Shown piece after piece: positions 24,101-37,200 of a stretch of 64,000 nucleotides of DNA. Within the stretch, counting starts at the first letter, position 1. Each line of letters begins with the position of its first letter. The position numbers were made by a program, and so were the translations under genes. Where the stretch lies: assembly GCF_039654945.1 (NCBI RefSeq), contig NW_027361940.1, positions 2,232,001 to 2,296,000 of the forward strand, given 5' to 3'. This DNA comes from Dendrobates tinctorius (Eukaryota). The notes beneath the pieces were generated by a model. That model did not search any database. It worked only from the letters and a program-made list of their open reading frames with translations, and was not told the DNA's origin.

Positions 24101-27100
24101 CGCGCTCTGTATTACTTCCTCTCTGTCGCTGTGGTCATGTGACTTCCGTCATGGCGGTTCTCGCGCTCTGTATTACTTCCTCTCTGTCGCTGTGGTCATG
24201 TGACGTCCGTCATGGCGGTGCTCGCTCTCTGTATTACTTCCTCTCTGTTGCTGTGGTCATGTGACTTCCGTCATGGCGGTTCTCGCGCTCTGTATTACTT
24301 CCTCTCTGTCGCTGTGGTCATGTGACGCCCGTCATGGCGGTGCTCGCGCTCTGTATTACTTCCTCTCTGTCGCTGTGGTCATGTGACGTCCGTTATGGCG
24401 GTGCTCGCGCTCTGTATTACTTCCTGTCTGTTGTTGTGGTCATGTGACGTCCGTCATGGCGGTGCTCACGCTCTGTATTACTTCCTCTCTGTCGCTGTGG
24501 TCATTTGACGTCCGTTATGGCGGTGCTCGCGCTCTGTATTACTTCCTCTCTGTCGCTGTGGTCATGTGACGTCCGTCATGGCGGAGCTCACGCTCTGTAT
24601 TACTTCCTCTCTGTCGCTGTGGTCATGTGACGTCCGTTATGGCGGTGCTCACGCTCTGTATTACTTCCTCTCTGTCGCTGTGGTCATGTGACGTCCGTCA
24701 TGGCGGAGCTCACGCTCTGTATTACTTCCTCTCTGTCGCTGTGGTCATGTGACGTCCGTTATGGCGGTGCTCACGCTCTGTATTACTTCCTCTCTGTCGC
24801 TGTGGTCATGTGACGTCCGTCATGGCGGAGCTCACGCTCTGTATTACTTCCTCTCTGTCGCTGTGGTCATGTGACGTCCGTTATGGCGGTGCTCACGCTC
24901 TGTATTACTTCCTCTCTGTCGTTGTGGTCATGTGACGTCCGTTATGGCGGTGCTCGCGCTCTGTATTACTTCCTGTCTGTTGTTGTGGTTATGTGACGTC
25001 CGTCATGGCGGTGCTCACGCTCTGTATTACTTCCTCTCTGTCGCTGTGGTCATGTGACGTCCGTTATGGCGGTGCTCGCGCTCTGTATTACTTCCTGTCT
25101 GTTGTTGTGGTTATGTGACGTCCGTCATGGCGGTGCTCACGCTCTGTATTACTTCCTCTCTGTCGCTGTAGTCATGTGACGCCCGTCATGGTGGTGCTCG
25201 CGCTCTGTATTACTTCCTCTCTGTCGCTGTGGTCATGTGACGCCCTTCATGGCGGTTCTCGCACTCTGTATTACTTCCTCTCTGTCGCTGTGGTCATGTG
25301 ACTCCCTTCATGGCGGTGCTCGTGCTCTGTATTACTTCCTCTCTGTCGCTGTGATGTGACGCCCTTCATGGCGGTGCTCGCGCTCTGTATTACTTCCTCT
25401 CTGTTGCTGTGTTCATGTGACGTCCGTCATGGCGGTGCTCGCGCTCTGTATTACTTCCTCTCTGTCGTTGTGGTCATGTGACGCCCGTCATGGCGGTTCT
25501 CGCGCTCTGTATTACTTCCTCTCTGTCGCTGTGGTCATGTGACACCCTTCATGGCGGTGCTTGCGCTCTGTATTACTTCCTCTCTGTCGCTGTGATGTGA
25601 CGCCCTTCATGGCGGTGCTCGCGCTCTGTATTACTTCCTCTCTGTCGCTGTGGTCATGTGACGCCCTTCATGGCGGTGCTCGCGCTCTGTATTACTTCCT
25701 CTCTGTCGCTGTGATGTGACGCCCTTCATGGCGGTGCTCGCGCTCTGTATTACTTCCTCTCTGTTGCTGTGGTCATGTGACGTCCGTCATGGCGGTGCTC
25801 GCGCTCTGTATTACTTCCTCTCTGTCGTTGTGGTCATGTGACGCCCGTCATGGCGGTTCTCGCGCTCTGTATTACTTCCTCTCTGTCGCTGTGGTCATGT
25901 GACGCCCTTCATGGCGGTGCTCGCGCTCTGTATTACTTCCTCTCTGTCGCTGTGGTCATGTGACGCCCTTCATGGCGGTGCTCGCGCTCTGTATTACTTC
26001 CTCTCTGTCGCTGTGATGTGACGCCCTTCATGGCGGTGCTCGCGCTCTGTATTACTTCCTCTCTGTCGTTGTGGTCATGTGACGCCCGTCATGGCGGTGC
26101 TCGCGCTCTGTATTACTTCCTCTCTGTCACTGTAGTCATGTGTCGCCCGTCATGGCGGTGCTTGCGCTCTGTATTACTTCCTCTCTGTCGCTGTGGTCAT
26201 GTGACTTCCGTCATGGCGGTTCTCGCGCTCTGTATTACTTCCTCTCTGTCGCTGTGGTCATGTGACTTCCGTCATGGCGGTTCTCGCGCTCTGTATTACT
26301 TCCTCTCTGTCGCTGTGGTCATGTGACGCCCTTCATGGCGGTGCTCGCGCTCTGTATTACTTCCTCTCTGTCGCTGTGATGTGACGCCCTTCATGGCGGT
26401 GCTCGCGCTCTGTATTACTTCCTCTCTGTCGTTGTGGTCATGTGACGCCCGTCATGGCGGTGCTCGCGCTCTGTATTACTTCCTCTCTGTCACTGTAGTC
26501 ATGTGACGCCCGTCATGGCGGTGCTTGCGCTCTGTATTACTTCCTCTCTGTCGCTGTGGTCATGTGACTTCCGTCATGGCGGTTCTCGCGCTCTGTATTA
26601 CTTCCTCTCTGTCGCTGTGGTCATGTGACTTCCGTCATGGCGGTTCTCGCGCTCTGTATTACTTCCTCTCTGTCGCTGTGGTCATGTGACGTCCGTCATG
26701 GCGGTGCTCGCTCTCTGTATTACTTCCTCTCTGTTGCTGTGGTCATGTGACTTCCGTCATGGCGGTTCTCGCGCTCTGTATTACTTCCTCTCTGTCGCTG
26801 TGGTCATGTGACGCCCGTCATGGCGGTGCTCGCGCTCTGTATTACTTCCTCTCTGTCGCTGTGGTCATGTGACGTCCGTTATGGCGGTGCTCGCGCTCTG
26901 TATTACTTCCTGTCTGTTGTTGTGGTCATGTGACGTCCGTCATGGCGGTGCTCACGCTCTGTATTACTTCCTCTCTGTCGCTGTGGTCATGTGACGTCCG
27001 TTATGGCGGTGCTCGCGCTCTGTATTACTTCCTCTCTGTCGCTGTGGTCATGTGACGTCCGTCATGGCGGAGCTCACGCTCTGTATTACTTCCTCTCTGT

Positions 27101-27575
27101 CGCTGTGGTCATGTGACGTCCGTTATGGCGGTGCTCACGCTCTGTATTACTTCCTCTCTGTCGTTGTGGTCATGTGACGTCCGTCATGGCGGTGCTCACG
27201 CTCTGTATTACTTCCTGTCTGTTGTTGTGGTCATGTGACGTCCGTCATGGCGGTGCTCACGCTCTGTATTACTTCCTCTCTGTCGCTGTGGTCATGTGAC
27301 GTCCGTTATGGCGGTGCTCGCGCTCTGTATTACTTCCTGTCTGTTGTTGTGGTTATGTGACGTCCGTCATGGCGGTGCTCACGCTCTGTATTACTTCCTC
27401 TCTGTCGTTGTGGTCATGTGACGTCCGTCATGGCGGTGCTCCCGCTCTGTATTACTTCCTCTCTGTCGTTGTGGTCATGTGACGTCCGTCATGGCGGTGC
27501 TCGCGCTCTGTATTACTTCCTGTCTGTTGTTGTGGTCATGTGACGTCCGTCATGGCGGTGCTCACGCTCTGTATT
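3184..27575. repeat. 61-bp CpG-rich satellite, ~390 copies, with 58-bp variant and higher-order repeats
   Basis: Unit GTCATGTGACGCCCGTCATGGCGGTGCTCGCGCTCTGTATTACTTCCTCTCTGTCGCTGTG with 6 CpG. Interrupted only at 21472-22107. Confidence 0.99.
21472..22107. mobile_element. Non-autonomous hAT-type DNA transposon (636 bp) inserted in the satellite
   Basis: 17-bp TIR CAGGGCTGTGGAGTCGG ... CCGACTCCACAGCCCTG. 8-bp TSD GTATTTCT / GTATTACT (1 mismatch). Subterminal GGAGTC repeats and an AT-rich non-coding core. Confidence 0.9.
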
Positions 27576-27612
27576 GTTGCCTCGACTCTCACTGTTTCCT
27601 TCTTCTCCACAG

Positions 27613-28239
27613 ATGTGCCGGCCGCTGAGTCCCTGCCTGTGACCGCCCGTCTTGGTAGGATGGAGGCGGCGGGCAGTGCGCTGTGCTGCCCGGACTGTGG
27701 GAGGAGATTCAGTCAGCGCTCCGGCCTGAATCGTCATCAGAGATCGCGCTGTAAGCTCAGCATCACTTTATCCTCCAGAGCTGCTTCAGCTAATGCCCCC
27801 TCGCCCCACAAGTGCAGTGTCTGCCAGGAGACATACAAGAGCGCCAGCGAGCTGCGGAGACACCTGAAGAGCCATGGCAGCGAGGAGGAGGAACGCTACC
27901 TGTGCTGCCAGTGCAGTCGCACATTCAACAGTAACACGTCCTTGGCGCGGCATCAGAGGACGCACAGTGCTGAGCGCCCCTTCACCTGTCCACAGTGCGG
28001 CAAGAGTTTCAAGAGCAGCGCCGTCCTACTCCGCCACCAGAGCGTGCACACCGGGGAGCAGCCATACCAGTGCGACGTGTGCACCAAGGGCTTCTCCCAG
28101 AAGAGCAGCCTCATCATCCACCTCCGCACACACGCCGGTCAGCACCCTTACACCTGCACTTCCTGCGAGCGAAGGTTCTGCTCCAAATCTGACCTGATCG
28201 CCCACGAGCGAAGTCACCGAGAGACGCTGTCCCACGAAG
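27613..28239 (+). CDS. ZNF exon 2 (ATG 27660), finger cassette 1: 6 fingers
   Basis: Acceptor TTCTTCTCCACAG|A, donor GAAG|GTGCCA. One C2HC finger (CPDC...HQRSRC) followed by five C2H2 fingers. Confidence 0.88.
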
Positions 28240-31200
28240 GTGCCACCTGTCACTACGTCTCGTGCTTTCTGCTCCGGTGTCTGGAGCGTAATGCTTTATG
28301 ATCTCCTCCTGCTGCAGGTTCCAACTCAACCGAGGAGGACGACGAGGATTTCATCAAGCTGAAGATCATGGACGTGTCATCCGATGACCTCAAAGGACCT
28401 TTGACCTCGTCCTCCTCCGAAGATGATGATGAGGAGAAGAGGAAGGAGCCGGCGGAAGTGGCAGACAGGATGACGGAGGTGAAGAAGGAGAAGGACAAGG
28501 ACATAGGTAATTATGAAATGCTTGATGGGAGTTTTCTTAACGGCTCCAGATGCTGGTGACATATTGGAGGGCGATGGCTGCCGGCCGAGCCGTGGAGGGC
28601 GATGGCTGCCGGCCGAGCCGTGGAGGGCGATGGCTGCCGGCCGAGCCGTGGAGGGCGATGGCTGCCGGCCGAGCCGTGGAGGGCGATGGCTGCCGGCCGA
28701 GCCGTGGAGGGCGATGGCTGCCGGCCGAGCCGTGGAGGGCGATGGCTGCCGGCCGAGCCGTGGAGGGCGATGGCTGCCGGCCGAGCCGTGGAGGGCGATG
28801 GCTGCCGGCCGAGCCGTGGAGGGCGATGGCTGGCCTGAGGTTACTTCCCTTTACTTCCTCCCTCCTTAGTGATTAGTAGACTGTGAGAGAGAAGAGGCTT
28901 ATCTTTCTCAAACAATGGCAGACAGTGTATGCAGAAGGAGCTGGCTGGATGATGAAGTCCTGTGATCACAGCGGCCTCTTCATTGAGTAAAGCTGTGTGT
29001 ATGCGGCTAATGGTGGCAGTGGCCAGGAGCGGCTGTAGCTGGCCTACGTCTGTGAGAGACCTACAAGAACATTCACCATTATTTTATGCAACAAATAATC
29101 GTTACAAAAAAGACGTGATATATGTGATGGTGCTGCGACTACTTATCTGCTCCGTCTATCTGTATCTGACCTGTAGACCCGTCACTTATCTGCTCCGTCT
29201 ATCTGTATCTGACCTGTTGACCCGTCACTTATCTGCTCCGTCTATCTGTATCTGACCTGTAGACCCGTCACTTATCCGCTCCGTCTATCTGTATCTGACC
29301 TGTTGACCCGTCACTTATCTGCTCCGTCTATCTGTATCTGACCTGTAGACCCGTCACTTATCCGCTCCGTCTATCTGTATCTGACCTGTAGACCTGTCAC
29401 TTATCCGCTCCGTCTATCTGTATCTGACCTGTAGACCCGTCACTTATCCGCTCCGTCTATCTGTATCTGACCTGTAGACCCGTCACTTATCCGCTCCGTC
29501 TATCTGTATCTGACCTGTAGACCCGTCACTTATCCGCTCCGTCTATCTGTATCTGACCTGTAGACCCGTCACTTATCCGCTCCGTCTATCTGTATCTGAC
29601 CTGTAGACCCGTCACTTATCCGCTCCGTCTATCTGTATCTGACCTGTAGACCCGTCACTTATCCGCTCCGTCTATCTGTATCTGACCTGTAGACCCGTCA
29701 CTTATCCGCTCCGTCTATCTGTATCTGACCTGTAGACCCGTCACTTATCCGCTCCGTCTATCTGTATCTGACCTGTAGACCCGTCACTTATCCGCTCCGT
29801 CTATCTGTATCTGACCTGTAGACTCGTCACTTATCCGCTCCGTCTATCTGTATCTGACCTGTAGACCCGTCACTTATCCGCTCCGTCTATCTGTATCTGA
29901 CCTGTAGACCCGTCACTTATCCGCTCCGTCTATCTGTATCTGACCTGTAGACCCGTCACTTATCCGCTCCGTCTATCTGTATCTGACCTGTAGACTCGTC
30001 ACTTATCCGCTCCGTCTATCTGTATCTGACCTGTAGACCCGTCACTTATCCGCTCCGTCTATCTGTATCTGACCTGTAGACCCGTCACTTATCCGCTCCG
30101 TCTATCTGTATCTGACCTGTAGACCCGTCACTTATCCGCTCCGTCTATCTGTATCTGACCTGTAGACCCGTCACTTATCCGCTCCGTCTATCTGTATCTG
30201 ACCTGTAGACCCGTCACTTATCCGCTCCGTCTATCTGTATCTGACCTGTAGACCCGTCACTTATCCGCTCCGTCTATCTGTATCTGACCTGTAGACCCGT
30301 CACTTATCCGCTCCGTCTATCTGTATCTGACCTGTAGACCCGTCACTTATCCGCTCTGTCTATCTGTATCTGACCTGTAGACTCGTCACTTATCCGCTCC
30401 GTCTATCTGTATCTGACCTGTAGACCCGTCACTTATCCGCTCCGTCTATCTGTATCTGACCTGTAGACCCGTCACTTATCCGCTCCGTCTATCTGTATCT
30501 GACCTGTAGACCCGTCACTTATCCGCTCCGTCTATCTGTATCTGACCTGTAGACCCGTCACTTATCCGCTCTGTCTATCTGTATCTGACCTGTAGACCCG
30601 TCACTTATCCGCTCCGTCTATCTGTATCTGACCTGTAGACCCGTCACTTATCCGCTCCGTCTATCTGTATCTGACCTGTAGACCCGTCACTTATCCGCTC
30701 CGTCTATCTGTATCTGACCTGTAGACTCGTCACTTATCCGCTCCGTCTATCTGTATCTGACCTGTTGACCCGTCACTTATCCGCTCCGTCTATCTGTATC
30801 TGACCTGTAGACCCGTCACTTATCCGCTCCGTCTATCTGTATCTGACCTGTAGACCCGTCACTTATCCGCTCCGTCTATCTGTATCTGACCTGTAGACCC
30901 GTCACTTATCCGCTCTGTCTATCTGTATCTGACCTGTAGACTCGTCACTTATCCGCTCCGTCTATCTGTATCTGACCTGTTGACCCGTCACTTATCCGCT
31001 CCGTCTATCTGTATCTGACCTGTAGACCCGTCTCTTATCCGCTCCGTCTATCTGTATCTGACCTGTAGACCCGTCACTTATCCGCTCCGTCTATCTGTAT
31101 CTGACCTGTAGACCCGTCACTTATCCGCTCCGTCTATCTGTATCTGACCTGTAGACCCGTCACTTATCCGCTCCGTCTATCTGTATCTGACCTGTAGACC

Positions 31201-34200
31201 CGTCACTTTTCAGAATGGAAGCTGTGATTCTGCTTTCTCGCTTTGTGTCCTCAGCGGAGAGATTTGAGCAGCAGCCGCACAGTGAAGATTTGGGGATGAA
31301 GAGGTCGGGAAGTGACTGCTCAATCTCAGAGGAGAAGAGCCCACCATGGATTAAGCAGCAGATGGGCTCCGGGAACCTGCAAGGAAATCTGCTGGTAGAA
31401 GATCAAGATGGCAGGGGCCACGGCAGTGAGGGAGACGGTGGTAAGTTGTACGGCGTCCACAGCGTCCAAACACATTGCAGTGGTGGATCTAGTGCTATAT
31501 TATAGTGTAACAGCAGAATAGCGACTGCAGCTCTGGAGGTGACTGGAGGATAAGACAAGATGTAACAGAGGAATAGTGACTGCAACTCTGGAGGTGACTG
31601 TAGAATAAGACATGATGTAGCAGCAGAATAGTGACTGCAGTCCTGGAGGTGACTGGAGGATAAGACACATGATGTAACAGCAGAATAGTGACGGCAGCTG
31701 TGGAGGTGACTGGAGGATATGACACATGATGTAAAAGCAGAATAGTGACGGCAGCTGTGGAGGTGACTGGAGGATAAGAGATGACCGATTAGTGATTTAC
31801 CCCCTTTATCATGCAGGGACATCTCCATCTGCACACCGTCTAATAAAGCCTGAAGAAGTGTCCGGAGATCCTCGGGACAGCGAGTGGAAGCCTCCTTTAC
31901 CGGGTAACAAAGGTCCTTGGAAAGTGGAGAGTCAAGACTCAAAGGACGATGGCGGCATCATCTGCCCGGACTGTGGTAAGACCTTCCGGTCTGCACTGCT
32001 GTTCACGGAGCACCAGAGGATGCACGCCGGAGGGCAGCCCTTCCCCTGCATTGAATGTGGCAAGAGCTTCAGCTACCGCGCCACCCTCCTCCGACACCAG
32101 AAGTCTCGCTGCCTGAATGATAACATGAAGGTCCCCAGTGTCAGCCGGGTCCTCACCGACACCTCGGAGCTGGTCCAGAAATGTGGCATCTGCACCGCGA
32201 AGTTCCGGTGCCTGAGCGAGCTGAGGAAGCATCTGACCAGTCACATGAACGGCGGGCGGTACACGTGCCAGGACTGCGGCCGCGACTTCAACTGTAACTA
32301 CTTCTTGGTGAGACACCAGAGGACGCACACGGGAGAGCAGCCCTTTAAGTGTAAGCTCTGCTGGCGAGGCTTCTCCCAGAGGGCGAGCCTGGTCATCCAC
32401 ATCCGGACACATACTGGGGAGCGGCCGTACATCTGCTTCGTCTGCGGCAGAGCCTTCTATTCCCGCTCGGCCATGCTACGACACCAGCGCAGCCGCCATG
32501 ATATCATGAAGAACTGGAAAGGTAGGTGCTGGCTGAGAGATGCCCGCTGCTGCTCATGTGCTGGACATGGTGTGGGGGGAATCTTGGTCACGTGTTGATT
32601 GTGGGGGTTATCATTTTGCGTAGCAGTAAGATTGGCGCAGGCTTCTGGTTGTAGATTAATGGCGACCCAGTGACCCAATATTTTTATTTTGCAGGTGATA
32701 AAAAAAGGACGCCGGGGAGTCACAAGATCGCTCAGGTGGGTGATACGGACCCTGCAAGGACTGACCCCTTACCCGACAGGACCCTGGCGGTGACCCCTGC
32801 TGCAGAAGGTCCTGTCCTAGAAAAGAGACCTGAGGTTCAGGATGAAGGGAAGGAAATGAACGGTGGCAGAGAGGGGCAGGGGTCACAGGAGACTGGTTAC
32901 GACTATCGCAACTTCCTCGCAGCGCAGGAAAGTCTGCTCTATAACGTCAGCATTCGTTCCTTAGAGTCCCGGCCCAGCTACAGGTGCGGCGTCTGTCAGG
33001 TGCTCTGCCAAGACTCTGGGGAGATGAAGAGGCACCTGAAGAGTCATAGCGGGGATCAGCGCTACTTGTGTCGCCAGTGCGGCCGCACCTTCACTAGTAA
33101 CTTTTACCTGGTGCGGCACCAGAGGACACACACCGGCGAGCGGCCCTTCACCTGTCCGCAGTGCAACAAGAGCTTCAAGTGCAGCTCCGTCCTCCTCCGC
33201 CACCAGAGGATCCACTCCCCCGATCAGCCCTATCAGTGTGAAGTGTGCACCAAGGGCTTCTCCCAGAAGACGAGTCTCATCATCCACCTGAGGACCCACA
33301 CCGGTGAGCGCCCCTATAGCTGTTGGATCTGTGGACGGAGCTTCTGCTCCCGCTCTGCACTGATGCGTCATGAGCAAAATCACCTTCTTGAAGGACAAGG
33401 TGCGTGTGACACCGCGGCCATAATCAAGCGTTCATTCCACGCAACCTTGTGCGTAAAATCCATGGATTCCTGGCTCATCTAGAGGGTTTACTAGATCCCT
33501 GGCCCATTTACCGGGTTTACTGTATCCCTGGCCCCTCTAGCGGGTTTACTGTATCCCTGGCCCCTCTAGCGGGTTTACCAGATCCCTGGCTCATCTAGCG
33601 GGTTTACTGTATCCCTGGCCCGTCTAGCAGGTTTACCAGATCCCTGGCTCATCTAGCGGGTTTACCAGATCCCTGGCTCATCTAGAAGGTTTACCAGATC
33701 CCTGGCTCATTTATCGGGTTTACTGTATCCCTGGCCCCTCTAGCGGGTTTACTGTATCCCTGGCCCCTCTAGCGGGTTTACCAGATCCCTGGCTCATCTA
33801 GTGGGTTTACTGTATCCCTGGCCCGTCTAGCGGGTTTACCAGATCCCTGGCTCATCTAGCGGGTTTACCAGATCCCTGGGTCATCTAGCGGGTTTACTAT
33901 ATCCCTGGCTCATCTAGCGGGTTTACTATATCCCTGCTCATCTAGCGGGTTTACCGGATCCCTGGCTCATCTTGTAGGTTTACTATATCCCTGGCTCATC
34001 TAGCAGGTTTACCAGATCCCTGGCATATCTAGCGGGTTTACTATATCCCTGGCTCATTTAGCGGGTTTACCAGATCCCTGGCTCATCTAGCGGGTTTACC
34101 GGATCCCTGGCCCATCTAGCGGGTTTACCGGATCCCTGGCCCATCTAGCGGGTTTACTGTGTCCCTGGCCCATCTAGGGGCTTTACCGGATCCCTGGCTC

Positions 34201-37200
34201 ATCAAGGGGGTTTACCGGATCCCTGGCTCATCAAGCGGGTTTACCAGATCCCTGGCTCATCTAGCGGGTTTACCGGATCCCTGGCTCATCAAGTGGGTTT
34301 ACAATATCCCTGGCCCATCTAGCGGGTTTACTATATCCCTGGCCCATCTAGCGGGTTTACCGGATCCCTGGCTCATCTAGCGGGTGTACTATATCCCTGG
34401 CCCATCTAGCGGGTTTACCGGATCCCTGGCTCATCTAGCGGGTTTACCGGATCCCTGGCTCATCTAGCGGGTTTACCGGATCCCTGGCTTATCTAGCGGG
34501 TGTACTATATCCCTGGCCCATCTAGAGGGTTTACCGGATCCCTGGCTCATCTAGAGGGTTTACCGGATCCCTGGCTCATCTAGCGGGTTTACCGGATCCC
34601 TGGCTCATCTAGAGGGTTTACCGGATCCCTGGCTCATCTAGCGGGTTTACCAGATCCCTGGCTCATCTAGCGGGTTTACTATATCCCTGGCCCATCTAGC
34701 GGGTTTACTATATCCCTGGCCCATCTAGCGGGTTTACTATATCCCTGGCTCATCTAGCGGGTTTACTATATCCCTGGCCCATCTAGCGTGCTTACCGGAT
34801 CCCTTGCCCGTCTAGCGTGCTTACCGGATCCCTGGCCCATCTATCGGGTTTACCGGATCCCTGGCTTATCTAGCTGGTTTACTGGATCCCTGGTTATCGG
34901 GTTTACTGGATCCCTTGGTCATCTAGTGGGTTTAATAGATCCCTGGCCTCCTGGGGGTTTTACCGGATCCCTGGCTCATCTAGCGGGTTTACCGGATCCC
35001 TGGCTCATCTAGCGGGTTTACCAGATCCCTGGCTCATCTAGCGGGTTTACCATATCCCTGGCCCATCTAGCGGGTTTACTATATCCCTGGCCCATCTAGC
35101 GGGTTTACTATATCCCTGGCTCATCTAGCGGGTTTACTATATCCCTGGCCCGTCTAGCGTGCTTACCGGATCCCTTGCCCGTCTAGCGTGCTTACCGGAT
35201 CCCTTGCCCGTCTAGCGGGTTTACCGGATCCCTGGCTTATCTAGCTGGTTTACTGGATCCCTGGTTATCGGGTTTACTGGATCCCTTGGTCATCTAGTGG
35301 GTTTAATAGATCCCTGGCCTCCTGGGGGTTTTACCGGAATCCTGGCCTTCTAGCGGGTTTACCGGATCCCTGGCCCATCTAGTGGGTTTACCGGATCCCT
35401 GGCCCATCTAGTGGGTTTACCGGATCCCTGGCCCATCTAGTGGGTTTACCGGATCCCTGGCCCATCTAGTGGGTTTACCGGATCCCTGACCTCCAGCGGG
35501 GTTACCGTATCGTTGGCCCACCTAGCGAGTTTACCGGATCCCTGGCCTCTTAGTGGGCTTTTTTCCTATATTTTAAACTTAGTGTTAGCTTCTTTAGACC
35601 GTTGGCTGTAACAGATGAGCTCGGGGGCGTGAGAAGGATTGGACACCTCATTCTCATTGCTCGCTCCTTTTGATGCCTGAGTGATGAGCTTCCTTGAGGT
35701 GCCGGGTAGTGGATTAGTCTTCTCGCCTCATTAATAAGACATACGTCTCTGACAAGCTGAGGGCTCGTGTCTATATAGGGGAGCGGGTGATATGTTCTCG
35801 TATTTCTGTAATAACTAACACCTCTGGGGGTCTAGTGGGTAAATTTAATTCCATTCCTGGGTCTCGTAGGATAACTTAATTGCGCCCCTGGTGGTCTGGT
35901 GTGTCAATCTATGTACCATTGCTTGGTCTCCTAACACCTTGGTGTACTCGTGGGCTAATAGAACAGCCCTGGTGAGCCAGTAAGTACAGTGCCTTGCAAA
36001 AGTATTCGGCCCCCTGGAACTTTCCAACCTTTTCCCACATATCATGCTTCAAACATAAAGATACCAAATGTAAATTTTTGGTGAAGAATCGACAACAAGT
36101 GGGACACAATTGTGAAGTTGAAAGAAATTTATTGGTTATTTTAAATTTTTGTGGAAATTCAAAAACTGAAAAGTGGGGCGTGCAATATTATTCGGCCCCT
36201 GTAACTTAATACTTTGTTGTGCCCCTTTTGCTGCGATTACAGCTGCAGTCGCTTGGGGTATGTCTCTATCAGTTTTGTACATCGAGAGACTGAAATTCTC
36301 GCCCATTCTTCCTTGGCAAACAGCTCGAGCTCAGTGAGGTTGGATGGAGATCGCTTGTGAACAGCAGTTTTCAGCTCTTTCCACAGATTCTCGATTGGAT
36401 TCAGGTCTGGACTGTGACTTGGCCATTCTAACACCTGGATACGTTTATTTGTGAACCATTCCATTGTAGATTTTGCTTTATGTTTGGGATCATTGTCTTG
36501 TTGGAAGACAAATCTCCGTCCCAGTCTCAGGTCTTTTGCAGACTCCAACAGGTTTTTTTCAAGAATGGTCCTGTATTTGGCTCCATCCATCTTCCCATCA
36601 ATTATAACCATCTTCCCTGTCCTGCTGAAGAAAAGCAGGCCCAAACCATGATGCTGCCACCACCATGTTTGACAGTGGGGATGGTGTGTTTAGGGTGATG
36701 AGCTGTGTTGCCTTTACGCCAAACATATTGTTCGACATTGTTACCAAAAAGTTTGATTTTGGATTCATCTGACCAGAGCACCTTCTTCCACATGTTTGGT
36801 GTCTCCCAGGTGGCTTGTTGCAAACTTTAAACGACACTTTTTATGGATATCTTTGAGAAATGGCTTTCTTCTTTCCACTCTTCCATAAAGGCCAGATTTG
36901 TGCAGTGTACGACTGATTATTGTCCTATGGACAGACTGTCCCACCTCAGCTGTAGATCTCTGCAGTTCATCCAGAGTGATCATGGGCCTCTTGGCTGCAT
37001 CTCTGATCAGTCTTCTCCTTGTTTGAGATGAAAGTTTAGAGGGACGGCCGGGTCTTGGTAGATTTGCAGTGGTATGATACTCCTTCCATTTCAATATGAT
37101 CGATTGCACAGTGCTTGGGATGTTTAAAGTTTTGGAAATCATTTTGTATCTAAATCCGGCTTTAAACTTCTCCACAACAGTATCACGGACCTGCCTGCTG

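Noticed and set aside
3059-27540. Many 79-106 aa ORFs in the 61-bp satellite
   Set aside because: They appear only where a variant removes the unit's TGA. The 61-bp period shifts frame every copy.
33464-35558. 29-bp unit as a telomere-derived repeat (TAGCGGGTTTA)
   Set aside because: Resemblance is limited to a GGGTTTA 7-mer; no TTAGGG is present.
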